Source: Flaccisagitta enflata
Lineage: Eukaryota
Length of the DNA: 64,000 bases
Assembly (NCBI GenBank): GCA_965153355.1
Contig: OZ231126.1
Coordinates: 15,190,001 to 15,254,000, forward strand
Direction of reading: 5' to 3'
Shown here piece after piece: positions 1 to 14,120 of the stretch. A model generated the notes under the pieces. It was not told the origin of the DNA and searched no databases. It saw only the letters and a program-made list of their open reading frames with translations. The position numbers were made by a program, and so were the translations under genes. Positions within the stretch are counted from its first letter, which is position 1, and every line of letters starts with the position of its first letter.

Positions 1-193
1 TCTTGTCAATGACATTGTTTCAATTCCTGTTAGTGACATCTCCAAAGTCTTTTCAGTGAGGTTGTCCGAAGTCCAAGACTTCATATTCTCTTTCAAATAT
101 AAAAGTTAAGAATGACACATCCCCCTTTGTCATTGACATCATCTCACTGATGACAGTCCCTCTACTATTAATGAAATCCTCCTTCTGGCTTCC

Positions 194-692
194 CAGTCAG
201 TCCCAATTCCGCATTCATCCATATGATCGTATCTCATCATATATCGGCAAACCAAAACTTTTTCCATCCGGGCATATTTCGATATATCGAAATATGACTT
301 ACAAAAGTTTGATTTTCTCTGTTGTGTCTTTTGTAAAATCTGAATGAATTTCAGAGCCTTTTGTCTTGTTTACAGTCTTCAATGATTTTCTACTGACTTT
401 GCCACTTAAATTTTAGGAGAAATTGATTTACAAATGCTGCACCATTCAATCATATCATTAGATCTTGTTCATCCTTCATTATCTTTTATCTCACCAATTA
501 TTTGAGTATTGGGTAGAAAATAAGATCAGAGCTTGATAAATGCTTTGCTACTTACTTTTGAGTGGCTAAACAGAAAGGGTAAGATGAGTCATATTTTGAT
601 ACATCGAAATATGCCCAGATAAACTAAGTTGCTTTATCTCGTAATATGACGAGATATGGTCAAATGGATGAATGCGGAATTGGGACTGACTG
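194..692. mobile_element. MITE with CAGTCAGTCCCAATTCCGCATTCATCCA terminal inverted repeats
   Basis: The TIR at 194 matches the reverse complement ending at 692, with TTCC on both flanks. A paralogous segment lacking the insert lies at about 1680-1725. Confidence 0.75.
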
Positions 693-1769
693 TTCCTCCA
701 CCTTTCCTAATCTGATAACTACCGTCCCAGTATCCATTAATTGACTTCATCCCCAATAATGATGTCAACATTAATTGCTGTCAATATGTTGCCAATCCTG
801 ATTTATGACCATGTCCCTAGTCTCACTCTTGAACTCATGGGGGCATTCAAAGTTAAGTATTTAACAACCAGTTGAATCCTCTTGTCAATGACATTGTCAA
901 AATGTTAATGACATCGTCCCAACTTTGGTCAATAATGTTGTCCCAACTCTGGTCAATGATGTTGTTCCAACTCTGGTCAATGACATTGTCCATGTAAGAT
1001 GGAACTTGGGACAGCATATTGTTGGGCGTAGGGCCTAAGCAATGTAACCAGGCATAATGGTAGAGCATATGGTTGTATACACGGCTACCCTAGTCACATG
1101 CGGGTGGGGAGGTGTTGTATTTGAGGTCAGTTTATTTTGGCAGGAGAAGTGAGGTAAAAGACCGCAAAAACCCCCAAAAAGTAAATTGCGATGGACTGCA
1201 AACCGACGGACGGACCGAGTGAGTCTGTTGTGTGCATGCGACTAAAAAATGAGGCACTAAAAATGAGGTACTAGAAATGAGGCACATGATGGAAAATGAT
1301 GCAAGCTGTCAGGTTGAAGGACAACAAAACCTATTGCGGGATCATTATCAAGGCAGATCGAGCTTTATCTTTAGAACCAGATCTTGATTATCCAAAGAGG
1401 GATCAGTGGTGTTCTTTACTCCATAGCTGAACGCCAAATGCAGGGCCATGGCAGGGTTTTGGCAGATCACCGTGGTAGCGTTTTGACCGGAGGCAAATCT
1501 TTAATTTGTCAATGAAGTTGTCCAGAATCTTGTCAATAACATTATCTCAAATCTTGTCAATGACATTGTCTCGAGTCTTGTTAGTGACATCTAAGTCTTT
1601 TCAGTGAAGTTGTCCCGAGTCCAATACTCATGATACTCTCTTTTGAATATAAAAGAATTCACACTGATGACATTCCTTAACTATTAATGAAATCCTCCTT
1701 CCTCTTTTTTCCTTACCTGATAAATAAGGTCCCATTATCCACTAATTGGCTTTATCCCCCAACAATGAT

Positions 1770-4430
1770 GTCAATGACAATGTCCCCACTCTCGTCAATG
1801 ACCATGTCCCCAACCCTTGTCAATGACCATGCCCTCAGCCCTCGTCTCTGACAATGTCCCCAACCCTCGTCTATGGTAATGTCCCCAACTCTTGTCAATG
1901 ACAATGTCCCCAACTCTTGTCAATGACAATGTCCCCAACTCTTGTCAATGACAATGTCCCCAACTCTTGTCAATGACAATGTCCCCAACTCTTGTCAATG
2001 ACAATGTCCCCAACTCTTGTCAATGACAATGTCCCCAACTCTTGTCAATGACAATGTCCCAACTCTTGTCAATGACAATGTCCCCAACTCTTGTCAATGA
2101 CCCTGTCCCCAACCCTCGTCAATGACTCTGTCCCCAACCCTCCCATCTCTCATCAATGGCAATTTCCCAAATTTTGTCATTAACAATGTCCAAACTCTCA
2201 TCAATGTCATTGACAATGTCCCAACTCTTGTCAATGTTTTTGACAATGTCCCTGCTCTCATCAATGCCCATGTCTCCACTCTCATCAACGCTGATATCCC
2301 CACTCTCATCAAAGCTGATACCCCCAATTTTAAAACTAAAATGTCCTCTCTTCAACTAAAACTTCTTTTCTACTAAAATGTCTTCTTTTCAACTAAAATG
2401 TCCCCTAATGACAAGAAAAGAATTCAAGATCCAGAAGATTATTTTCCTTGTAGGCTGATGACAATGACAATGTCCCCAACTCTCATCCTGACGATGTCCC
2501 CAACTCGCATCGATGATTGTCCCCAACTCTCATCGATGACAATATCTGCAACTCTCAACAATGACAATATCTGCAACTCTCATCTATGACAATGTCTCCA
2601 TCTCTCATTGATGACAATATCCTCAACTCTCATCGATGACATTGTCCCCAATTCTCATCAATGTCAATGTCCCCAATTCCCACTGATGACAATTTCCCCT
2701 AATTTTATCAATGACAATGTCCCCAACTCTCATCGATGACAATATCCCCAACTCTCATCAATGACAATGTCCTTAACTCTCATCGATGACAATGTCTCCA
2801 ACTCTCATCAATGACAAATTTTTGACCATGTCTCCAACTCTCATTGATAACAATGTCCCCAACTTTCATCGATGATAATGCCCCCAACTTTCATCGATGA
2901 CAATGCCCCCAACTTTCATCGATGACCATGTCCCCAACCCTTGTCAATGACCATGTCCCCAACCCTCGTCAATGACCATGTCCCCAACCCTCGCCAATGA
3001 CCATGCCCCCAACCCTCGCCAATGACCATGCCCCCAACCCTTGTCAATGACAATGTCCCTAACCCTTGTCTATATTTATGTCAATAACAATGTCCAAACT
3101 CTGGTCAATGTCCATGTCATCCTCTCTTCTCACTCTCATCGTCAATTTCCATGTCATCCTCTTCTAACTCTCACCAACTGTGTCCCAACTCTCATCAACG
3201 ATGATGCCCCAACTCTTACCTATGATGATGTCTTAACACTTATCAATGACAGTGTCCTAGCTCTCTTCCATAACAATTTCCCAACTCTCATTTACGATAA
3301 TGTCCCAGCTCTCACCAACAATGTCCCAACTCAACGATTGTGTCCCACCTTTCATTTATGACAATCTCCCAACTCTCATCAATGACAATGTCCCAACCTG
3401 GTTCAAGTGACGAAATCCCCAACCTGGAAGTACGTCTTTAAGTTATAAAGTTTGTTTCTGAGCTTAACCCGTGAATTTGTTCTGATTGAGAAAGAGGGAG
3501 CAGGGTGGCCCTAAAAGAAATAATCGGCAGTTTGGCTGTAAAGATAACAATGTTGAGCAGATGTAGTAGATGATCTACAATGTCCCAACTCTCATTAACA
3601 GAAATATCCCCATTTCTTATTAACAGAAATGTCTTCAACTTTCATCAATGGCAATATCCCCAACTCTTGTAGATGACAATGTCCCTAACTCTCATTGATT
3701 ACAATGTCCCTAACTCTCATTGATTACAATGTCCCTAATTCTCATCAATTTTAGTGTCCCTATCTCTCATTGATGACAATGTCCTTATCTCTCACCAATG
3801 ACAATATCCCTAATTCTCATCAATGACAATGTCTCTAACTCTCATTGATGATAATGTCTCTAACACTCATTGATGACAATGTCCTTAACTCTCATTGATG
3901 ACAATGTCCTTAACTCTCATCGATGCTGATGTCCCTAACTCTCATCGATTAAAATGTCCCTAACTCTCATCAATTTTAGTGTCCCTATCTCTCATTGATG
4001 ACAATGTCCTTATCTCTCACCAATGACAATATCCCTAACTCTCATCAATGACAATGTCTCTAACTCTCATTGATGACAATGTCTCTAACTCTCATAGATG
4101 ACAATGTCCCTAACTCTCATCGATGCTGATGTCCCTAACTTTCATCGATGCTGATGTCCCTAACTCTCATCGATGCTGATGTCCCTAACTCTCATCGATG
4201 CTGATGTCCCTAACTCCATCATGCTACAGTGTTCCTAACTCTCTGTGATGCTGATGTTCCTAACTCTCATCAATGACGATGTCCTTAAGTCTCATTGATG
4301 ACGATGTCCCTAACTCTCATCAATTACGATGTCCCTCTCAATGATGATGATGTCCCTAACTCGCATCGATGATAATGTTCCCAAACCTTGTCAACTCTGG
4401 CAATGTCTCAACTCTCATCAATGGCAATGT
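1770..4430. repeat. 25-bp satellite (CAATGACAATGTCCCCAACTCTTGT / ...CTAACTCTCAT variants)
   Basis: Near-perfect tandem copies at about 1870-2100, degenerate copies to about 4430, related units at 1-1000. Confidence 0.93.
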
Positions 4431-4679
4431 GCCAACTACCATAACTAAGTCTCCATCCATCATGTTGACGCAGTCTGCAACTGCTTTCTTAATCTGTTCA
4501 GATTGTCCACTTCCTCACTGGAGTGTTGTGATTGTTCACTCCTTCAATCAATTTTCAATGTTGTCAAGTGCCAAGGTCGTCCGCTTCATCAAACAAGTGT
4601 CAAGGTCATTCGTTTCCAAATAAGAAGCCAAGTGTTATTCGCTTCTCAATTCAGTGTCATATGTCTGCCTTCTTAAATG

Positions 4680-6530
4680 AGTGTCTGGGGTTGTCCGCTC
4701 TCAAATGAGGGCCGAAGGTTGTCCGTCCTGAGATGAGAGTCAAGGTTGTCCGCTTCCTGAGATGAGAGTCAAGGTTGTCCGCTTCCTGAGATGAGAGTCA
4801 AGGTTGTCCGCTTCCTGAGATGAGTGTCAAGGTTGTCCGCTTCCTGAGATGAGTGTCAAGGTTGTCCGCTTCCTAACATGAGTGTCAAGGTTGTCCGCCT
4901 CCTCAAATGAGTGCCAAGGTTGTCCGCTCTCAAATGAGTGGGTCAAGGTTGTCCGCCCCTCAAATGAGTGAAGGTCCGCTTCCTCAAATGAGTGTCAAGG
5001 TTGTCCGTTTCCTCAAATGAGTGTCAAGGTTATCCACTTCCTCAAATGAGTGTGATGGTTGTCCGCTTCCTCAAATGAGTGTGAAGGTTGTCCACTTCCT
5101 CAAATGAGTGTGAAGGTTGTCTGCTTCCTCAAATGAGCGTGAAGGTTGTCCGCTTCTCAAATGTGTGAAGGTTGTCCGCTTCCTCAAATGAGTGTGAAGG
5201 TTGTCCGCTTCCTCAAATGAGTGTGAAGGTTGTCCGCTTCCTCAAATGAGTGTGAAGGTTGTCGCCTTCCTCAATTGAGTGTCAAGGCTGTCGCCTTCCT
5301 CAATTGAGTGTCAAGGCTGTCGCCTTCCTCAATTGAGTGCGCTGTCGCCTTCCTCAATTGAGTGTCAAGGCTGTCGCCTTCCTCAATTGAGTGTCAAGGC
5401 TGTCGCCTTCCTCAATTGAGTGTCAAGGCTGTCGCCTTCCTCAATTGAGTGTCAAGGCTGTCGCCTTCCTCAATTGAGTGTCAAGGCTGTCGCCTTCCTC
5501 AATTGAGTGTCAAGGCTGTCGCCTTCCTCAATTGAGTGTCAAGGCTGTCGCCTTCCTCAATTGAGTGTCAAGGTTGTCCGCTTCCTCAACTGAGTGTCAA
5601 GGTTGTCGCCTTCCTCAATTAAGAGTCAAGGCCATCGCCTTCCTCAATTGAGTGTCCATGTTGTCGCCGTCCTCACCTGAGTGTCATGGTTGTCGCCTTC
5701 CTTAATTGAGTGTCAAGGCTGTCGCCTTCCTCAATTGGAGTGTCACACAATGCTTTCATCAATTTTGAATGTCCAGCTGTCGCCTTCCTCAATTGAGTGT
5801 CCAGGTTGTCGCCTCCTCAAGTGTCCAGGTTGTCGCCTCCTCAAGTGTCCAGGTTGTCGCCTTCCTCAAGTGTCCAGGTTGTCACCTTTTGAGTTGTCAC
5901 CAATTGAGTGGAGCACAAACTGATGGAAGGATAAAATTGGGTACCCACTCACACACTCACTTGTCTAGGTTGTCCACTTTAGTCAAGTGTCAAGGTTGTC
6001 TGCTATAAAAGAGTTCGGGTTCTCTTCCTCCAGTTGTCCTGCTCCAGTTGTCCTGCTCCAGCCATGCCCAAGGCTGCCCACTTCAGTCAAGGGTTCAAGG
6101 TTGTCTGCTTCAGTCAAGTGTCGAGGTTGTCAGCCTTAAGTCGAGTGTTGGGGGTTGTCCCCCTCAGTCAAGCATTGAGGTTGTCCGCTCAAATGGCCAA
6201 GATCCTATCAGAGGTAATGCTCCATCAAATTGTTGTCATATGTGGACAAAAGCGATTTATGGTTTGTCCCCACGGACATGCAACAAGCAGATTGTCCCTG
6301 GTACACGCAACATGGATTGTCCCTAGTAGAAATGTCATGGATTGTACAAGTGTCATATATTGTCCCTGGAGTGTCATGGTTGTCCCTGAAACAAGGTTCA
6401 TGGATTGTCCCTGGTACAAGTGTTATTGTCCCTGGGACAAAAACGATTGTCTATAATCAAGTGTCATGAATTGTCTCTGGAATAAGTGTCCAGGATTCTC
6501 TCTAGATCAACCATCATGGATTTCCCTGGG
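4680..6530. repeat. 29-30-bp satellite (TCAAGGCTGTCGCCTTCCTCAATTGAGTG and variants)
   Basis: Homogeneous blocks at 4730-5600 that decay towards 6500. Confidence 0.92.
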
Positions 6531-6559
6531 ACAAATGAAAAAGTTCCATTATTTTTGAG

Positions 6560-8330
6560 AATACTCACAACTTGATGATTTTAAATCATTGAACTTCGAT
6601 GATTTTTGAAAATCATCGAACTTCGATGATTTTTGCAAAATCTGCGCTGAAGCTGCTGCTGTGTTTTCTACTGCCAAATACTGCTCTGCTGCTAAATCCC
6701 CTTTTTAAACCCCTGCCTTATAGCCCCAACCTTCCCTAAATATATTATTATATTAGTTTGCAAAAGAGACTCATGCAGCAGTACATACTTCACTATAGCA
6801 GTGTATCTGCAGAGGTGGTCTTGACCAAGCAGTGTGGCAGAGCAGCAAATCAGCAGCCCAGCAGCCCAGCAGCTACTGAAGTGACTAATAAGGTTTTCTT
6901 AGGAATTATCATCGAAGTTCGATGATTTTGGACTTCGAGGCTCTATAGCAAAAAATCATCGAAGTTTGATCATTTATTTCTATGGATCCTCTTAGGAAAA
7001 ATCATTGAACTCCAGTAATGTTTGAGAATCATCAACTATCAATGATTTTTCCTCAGGAAGGATTCATAGGAAAAAATCATCGAAGTTCGATGATTTTTGA
7101 AAATCATCGAAGTTCGATGATTTTTGAAAATCATCGAAGTTCAATGATTTTTTGAAAATCATCGGTCACATTTTGTAAATCATCGAAGTTCAATGATTTT
7201 TGAAAATCATTGAACTTCGATGATTTTTGAAAATCATCAAAGTTCGATGATTTTTGATAGATATGTGCTGAAGCGGCTGCTGTGGTTTTTACTGCAAAGT
7301 ACTGCTCTGCTGCTAAATCCCCTTTTTAAACCCCTGCCTTATAGCCCCAACCTTCCCTAAATATATTATTATATTAGTTTGCAATGGAGACTCATGCAGC
7401 AGTATATACTTCACTATAGCAGTGTATCTGCAGAGGTGGTCTGGACCAAGCAGTGTGGCAGAGCAGCAGATCAGCAGCCCAGCAGCCCAGCAGCCAATTA
7501 AGTGACTAAAAAGGTTTTCTAAGGAATTATCATCGAAGTTCGATGATTGTAGACTTCGAGGCTCCATAGCAAAAAATCATCGAAGTTTGATCATTTATTT
7601 GTATGGATCCTTATAAGAAAAATGATTCAGTAATGTTTGAATCATTGACTATCAATGATTTTTCCTCAGGAAGGATTCATAGCAAAAAATCATCGAAGTT
7701 CGATGATCTTTGAGAATCATCGAGTTTCGATGATTTTTAAATATCATCGAGTTTCGATGATTTTTGAAAATCATAGAGTTTCGATGATTTTTAAATATCA
7801 TCGACTTTCGATGATTTTTCCTTAGAAAGTATCCTTAGCAAAAATCAGTAAGTTCGATGATTTTTGAGAATCATCGAGTTTTGATGATTTTTGCTGAAAA
7901 TCATCGACTTTCGATGATTTTTCCAGAAAGTACTTAGCAAAATCATCGAAGTTCGATGATTTTTGAGAATCATCGAGTTTCAATGATTTTTGAGAATCAT
8001 CGAGTTTCAATGATTTTTGAAAATCATCGACTTTCGATGATTTTTCCTTAGAAAGTATCCTTAGCAAAAATCATCGAAGTTCGATGATTTTTGAGAATCA
8101 TCGAGTTTCGATGATTTTTGAAAATCATCGACTTTCGATGATTTTTCCTCAGAAAGTATCCTTAGAAAAAAATCATCGAAGTTTGATGATTTTTGAGAAT
8201 CATCGAGTTTCGATGATTTTTGAAAATCATCGACTTTCGATGATTTTTCCTCAGAAAGTATCCTTAGAAAAAAATCATCGAAACAAGAATCATCGAAGTT
8301 CGATGATTTTTGAAAATCATCAATGTCGCG
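6560..8330. repeat. Palindromic ~27-bp satellite (AAAATCATCGAAGTTCGATGATTTTT) with an embedded ~620-bp duplication
   Basis: The unit is self-complementary (AAAATCATCGA / TCGATGATTTT). Segment 6645-7080 recurs at 7265-7690. Confidence 0.92.
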
Positions 8331-8414
8331 GTCACCTCCGTGTCTGGGTAGATAATTTACAAGCTTTTTTAGCGTTTTTAACGAGTTTTTTTTTTCACGA
8401 AAATTCGCTTTCAC

Positions 8415-8710
8415 AACCCTTACCAAACCCCCTACTCCCTACACCCACCTCCTCTACCCTAAACCAACCTCCTTTCACTCCCTAAACCAACCCTTTACCC
8501 CTACCCCCACCCCTACCCCTAAACCCACCCCTAACCCTAAACCCACCCCTAACCCTAAACCCACCCCTACACCAACCCCTACCCCTAAACCCACCCCTAC
8601 CCCTAACCCTAAACCTACCCCTAACCCCACCCCTAACCCACCCCTACCCCTAAACCCACCCCTACCCCTAAACCCACCCCTTCCCCTAAACCCACCCTTA
8701 ACCCTAAATC
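8415..8710. repeat. Degenerate telomere-like C-rich repeat (CCCTAA / CCCCTA / CCCTAAACCCA)
   Basis: Runs such as CCCTAACCCTAAACCCACCCCTAACCCTAAACC. Confidence 0.7.
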
Positions 8711-9009
8711 AACAAGAAATCGAAGAATCATCGATAAATCAACAAGAAATCAACAAGAAATCAATAACTCAACGCAAGAAGTAGAAGCGAGAGTTAGAAA
8801 TAGTTGAGAGAGGCCGAGACTCGGCTGAAAACGAAAACAAAAGACATCGCTCTAGTCCGGTCGTCTCCTACACGTAGACCGAAATCTTTCAGCAGGGTGC
8901 CATACAATTCGAAACGCTTCACGATCCACCAAACTTCTGAGCGGATTTCACCCTTAGGCCCCGCGGTAAGGGGGGGCCCGTGGTACAGCCTTTATTTTTT
9001 GAGAATAGG

Positions 9010-9212
9010 GGAAGAAGAAAAAAGAAGAAGAAAAAAGGAGAAGAAAAAGAGAAAGAAAGAAAAAGAGAAGTTGAAGAAAGAAAGAAAGAAATGGAAGAAA
9101 GGAAGAAATGGAAGAAAGGAAGAAATTGAAGAAAGAAAGAAATTGAAGAAAGAAAGAAATTGAAGAAAGAAAGAAATTGAAGAAAGAAAGAAATTGAAGA
9201 AAGAAAGAAATT

Positions 9213-9249
<37 letters not shown>

Positions 9250-9640
9250 GAAAGAAGTTGAAAAAAGAAAGAGAAAGAAGTTGAAAAAAAAAGAAAGACA
9301 GAATGAATGAAGTTGAAAAAAAAAGAAAGACAGAATGAATGAAGTTGAAAAAAAAGAAAGACAGAATGAATGAAGTTGAAAAAAAACAAGGCCGGATACG
9401 CGGGTTGGCAGGGGTGGATATGCGCGTTTTCCCACTTTTCGACTCTATGGACCGACCAATGGACCGACTAACCGACCGACCAACCAACCAATGGACGGAC
9501 AAAGCCTCTTATATAGTTGCGTGTCCGCAACTAAAAAGAAAGACAGAATGTATGGAGTTGAAAAAAAAGAAACACCAAGTTGAAAAAAAAAGAAAGAATG
9601 AAGTTGAAAAGAAAAAAAGTTAGAAAGAAAAAGAAAAACC
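9010..9640. repeat. GAAA-rich simple repeat interrupted by a HINE-like element
   Basis: (GAAAGAAAGAAATTGAA)n tracts, with a dispersed repeat at about 9387-9535. Confidence 0.85.
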
Positions 9641-10161
9641 TTTTTTATGGTTCGCTTTTATTTTGATTTTCTATCAAAAAACTTTCATCAAACATTGGAC
9701 TTTTTTTTCAATTAGGTTTATTAGCTTAGAAAGATGAATGCCTTTGTTTAGCTCCGCCAGTTTTCAAAAACGCCAAAAGAAAGTGACAGTAACAAAGGGG
9801 GGGAGGGGGAGAGAGAGTAAATGAGGGGGGGGGATAGGGGGCCCCGCGATAGCTCTCAAGCCTTGGGCCCCGCGGTAGCTTAGTCCGGCTCAGACCAAAC
9901 TCCACCCTGATAGGAAAAAACAACTAACGCCACTTTATTCCACTCGACCCTAAACCCAATCCTGTCCTGATAGGGAAGGAAACACCAAAAGCTTCTTAAA
10001 TCCATTCAACCCACTTACACACAGCCCTCTTGTCCCATCCTGACATGAGACAATGAAAACCATCTTAGTCACCTTAGACAGTTTTGCACACAGTGCTTTT
10101 TTCGACGGTTTCTCTCAGAAAAAAATAAAACCAATCCTTTTCTACCCTTTTCTATGTGCAG

Positions 10162-11861
10162 GCTGGGGATCAAACAGCGGATTCCGACTTTTGGGTGGAT
10201 CTCACCTCAAAGGAAAGAATGACAAAAAGTCGAGCTTTAAAAAGGGCGGTCCGGCATTGGCCCCGGTGCTAAATCTCAAACCTCGCACTCCGAGAGAGGA
10301 AGGGTCCGTCACCTTCAACCACATCACCGGCAAACTGGAAAAAGTCGTGTCGCAGAGAGCGAGATCGCCTCCTCCCCCATTACCCATCCCCGCCAACGAC
10401 TGGAGCAAACCGAAGAATGAACCCAAGAACGACAGAAAAGGAAAGGTAAAGATGGTTTATCTTGGGTAATGTGACAATGTCGCTTGTATAAATGATATTT
10501 CATAAGTAAATACTACGAATTTAGATGGACGAAAACATTTCATCTTGTTTTGAAACAAATATCAAATGCGGAAGGAGTGTGCTGACTGCTGTTATCGATT
10601 ACCTTTTGTCCAATCCCCAACAGCAACAACAACAACAACAGCATCACCATCAGCCAAACGAGGGCGAAGAATACAATCCTCTGCGTCCTAACGATTACGA
10701 GAAACTGGTGGCGGAACGCCGACGACGAGAAGCGGAAGAACGCGAGAAACAGCGCGAGGAGGAAAAGCGTAAAGAGTTGGAGGAACGCGAGAAACGCCGG
10801 AAAGAACGCCACGCGCGCCGCGACGCCGAGGAAAAGGAACGAGAAAAACGCCGCAACGATAGCTCTTCCGATGAGGAAGAGGACGACAGAAGGAAACGAC
10901 GCGGTGGCGGCGGCGGCGGAAGTGGTGGCGGCGCTGCCATCGCTCCGCCGGTGGCGCTCACCAAAACTGATCCACTCCCCGGGGAGGAAAAGGGAGAAGA
11001 TGGTGGAAAAGAAAAGAGCGAAGAGCCCATGGATCCTGAACACATGCCGGGATCGAAACTTTTTGGCGGATCGGGCAATGTCAGCGTCGTGGCCTCGAAA
11101 ATTATGGCCAAATACGGTTTTAAAGACGGTCAGGGACTTGGCAAAGGTAGTCAAGGAATGTCGACGGCGTTGGTCGTGGAAAAGACGAGCAAAAGAGGCG
11201 GGAAAATCATTCACGAAAAGGACTTGGAGTATGGCGACGACAGCACTTCCACGCCACCACCGGAACCAGCCTTCGCCCCTCAGCCATCTACTTCCATCAC
11301 CGATTTGATGAGGAATCCTTCAAAAGTGGTCTTGCTGCGTAACATGGTCGGACCAGGTGAGATTTGGTGGGATATCGGTTATCACCTGCAGTATCATTGG
11401 GGAAAAAATCGAAAAACGTTTTTCGATTTTTTGAGTCCTGGGTTAAGAATTAATGCTTCCTTTTTTCGCTTGAGCCGATTGGGCAAAGTTGGGGCATGAC
11501 TAGGCTCGCCTGAGGCTGGGTTTGAAATTGGTACAGGGTAAAAGAGGGCACTTTTTTACACCTTCTGGAAAAAAGCAGGGCACTGTCGGACCACAACTTT
11601 AGGCGCTACAAATTTTTTAATCTTTTTTTTTTTTTTAATTTTCCGTATTTTTCTTAAATATCAATATTTTTATCGATTCTGGGTTCTATATAACAACAAA
11701 ATTTAGTTCAGCAGGCATTGACTAACTTTTATGACCAACTTTTTTTAAACTGACCAACCAACTGACCAACCAACCGGATGGACAAAGCGGGGTATAGAGT
11801 CGTGTAGCACGTGACTTAAAAAAAAAATTTTACAACTTTTTGCTGTTCAAACTTGGTGCTC

Positions 11862-11921
<60 letters not shown>

Positions 11922-12031
11922 GAGAGAGAGAGAGAGAGAGATGGAGACACCAACAGAGAGACAGATGGAGACAGAGACACAGAGACAAAGAGAAACAGAC
12001 ACACACACACACACATACGCATATGCACACG

Positions 12032-12071
<40 letters not shown>

Positions 12072-14060
12072 CAGGGCCCGACAAAATTTTCAGCTGCTTA
12101 CAAGCTAGGTATTATTACTGACTCCTGCCTACAAAATATTTTGATATATCGGTATGCGCTGATATCCAAAACATATTGGAAAACAGTACAAAAGACAACT
12201 TTTGTAGTAACATGATAACAAATTGTTGCGATTAATCATTGTATATAGATTCTATGTGTTACTATATGATATGGCAAATTAAATGAAAACATTTGTAGAT
12301 ATCTATAGACATTTGAAAAATTTTTTGATATTCTATAATCAAAATCTGTTTAATCTCTGGGTTTTTTTTTATTTTATTTTGATTTTGATTTTTTTTTCAA
12401 GTCTGCTTGCCTACAAAATCTGTTAGCTGCCTACAAGCAATGCTTGCGTGCTTGGGCACTTTGTCGTACCCTGCACACAAACACACACACACAAACACAC
12501 ACACACACACACACAAAAATGTGCATGAAGCAAAATGAAAAAAAAAATAACAGAAATGGGGAGATAGAAGGAACTAAAAAAACAAAAACAATCTTACAAT
12601 TTTTTTCCGGTCGGCGAGAGCCGCCTTTACTGGTAATAATAATCAAATATTTTATCAGCCTTTGAATTTGGTGAGTCAAGTCTGTTACCTGCCTATCTAT
12701 GGAATTTCTTTATTAACCTACGTCTACTAATCTGTTTGCCAGCCTGTCCAGTTTTTACTAATCTGTTAATTAGCCTGTCTAGTGTCTACCTATCTATTAG
12801 TAAGCCTGTCTACCAATATATTTATTATCCTGTCTACCAATTTGTTAGCCTGTCTACTTATCTGCTTATCAGCCTGTCTACCAATCAGTTTATCAGCCTG
12901 TCTACCAATCTGTTTACCAGATAGTGAATCTTTTGTCTTCCAGTCGGCTCGGCAATGTTTTTTTGTCAACATGTCCACTTATCTTTTTATCAATCTGTTT
13001 ACGACATGCTGCACAATCGTATCAATTTTTTTATTCATGCTTTTTTGAGTCAATTTTTTCAAGTTTATGATAAATATTCTGTCAAATGCAACAAATGGTT
13101 ATTGTCAGCAAGCAAATTGCATTAACAGCAGACACTTAGCTAAGTTTATTGTCACTGGAACAATCTTAATCATCCTCTGAAACATAATTCAGATCAAGAA
13201 TAGGGCAAACATGTGTAACAAAATATGGATAAGTCTACCTTGAAAATAACAAATCTGTGAAATGGGTCAAAAATTTGCATTTTCTAAAACATACGTCTTT
13301 AGATATACTAACTTACTAGAGTCGCATGTTCTTGGTTTTTGCAATTTTTAATTCCCTTTGCAAATTTGTTATTTTCAGTGGAGACAAGTCAAGTGACAAA
13401 ATAGAAAAATTTTGATCTCAATATCTCTTACTTTAAAAAGAATGTCAAACTTAGATAAAAGCAGATTAAGAATTGCAGATTTCACCCATGGATAGATCAA
13501 AGGATACATTTCTATTTTCTTATCAATTTTCAATGGATAACTGTAAATTGATATTTTGGAATTAACGTCTTCCAAATGCTAAAATATTCAAAATTATAGA
13601 AAAAAAAAGAAAAAAATGATAATCTGAAAATTGTGGGGGCAATTGAGCTTGCCAATATGCAAAATATGTCTTAACTTAAGGTGCAGAAAGACCCTTATCA
13701 TAAATTTTGGAAAAAAATCAGCAACCATGAAAAACTTCTAACTTATGCATGAATAAGAAATTCCACCCTAAATTATTCCGTGTCTTACCAATCTGTTTAC
13801 CAACCTGTCTATCAATCTTGTTTATCAGTCTTTCAATCTTTTTTTTTTGCCTGCTTTTCAATCTTTTTTCAGTCAGTCTACCAATCTTTCATCGGCATAT
13901 CTAACAATTTGCGAATGAGATAGATTTAATGTAACCATTCTTTCAGCTCGGCAATCTCTGCCTATTAACCAGTCTATCGATCTTTTTAGTCGCGGGCTAG
14001 CTTTGCCATTAGGTTTGTCAGTGCTTGAGTCGGAGATTATGAAATCGCGCATCTTAGATG

Positions 14061-14120
<60 letters not shown>

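Noticed and set aside
1870-2100. CRISPR-like regular repeats (also 5270-5570)
   Set aside because: Head-to-tail tandem units with no unique spacers and no cas genes, in eukaryotic DNA.
8804-9623. K/E/R-rich and F/S-rich ORFs, and the many ERER/HTHT/CVCV/LSLS ORFs elsewhere
   Set aside because: Simple-sequence repeat translations.
10089-10132. CACAGTG followed by A-rich AATAAAACC, resembling a V(D)J RSS
   Set aside because: The spacer is 28 bp rather than 12 or 23, no partner end or TSD was found, and it lies in an SPF45 intron near the acceptor. Chance is plausible.
10540-11214. 224-aa antisense ORF
   Set aside because: Shadow of the SPF45 coding exon on the opposite strand.
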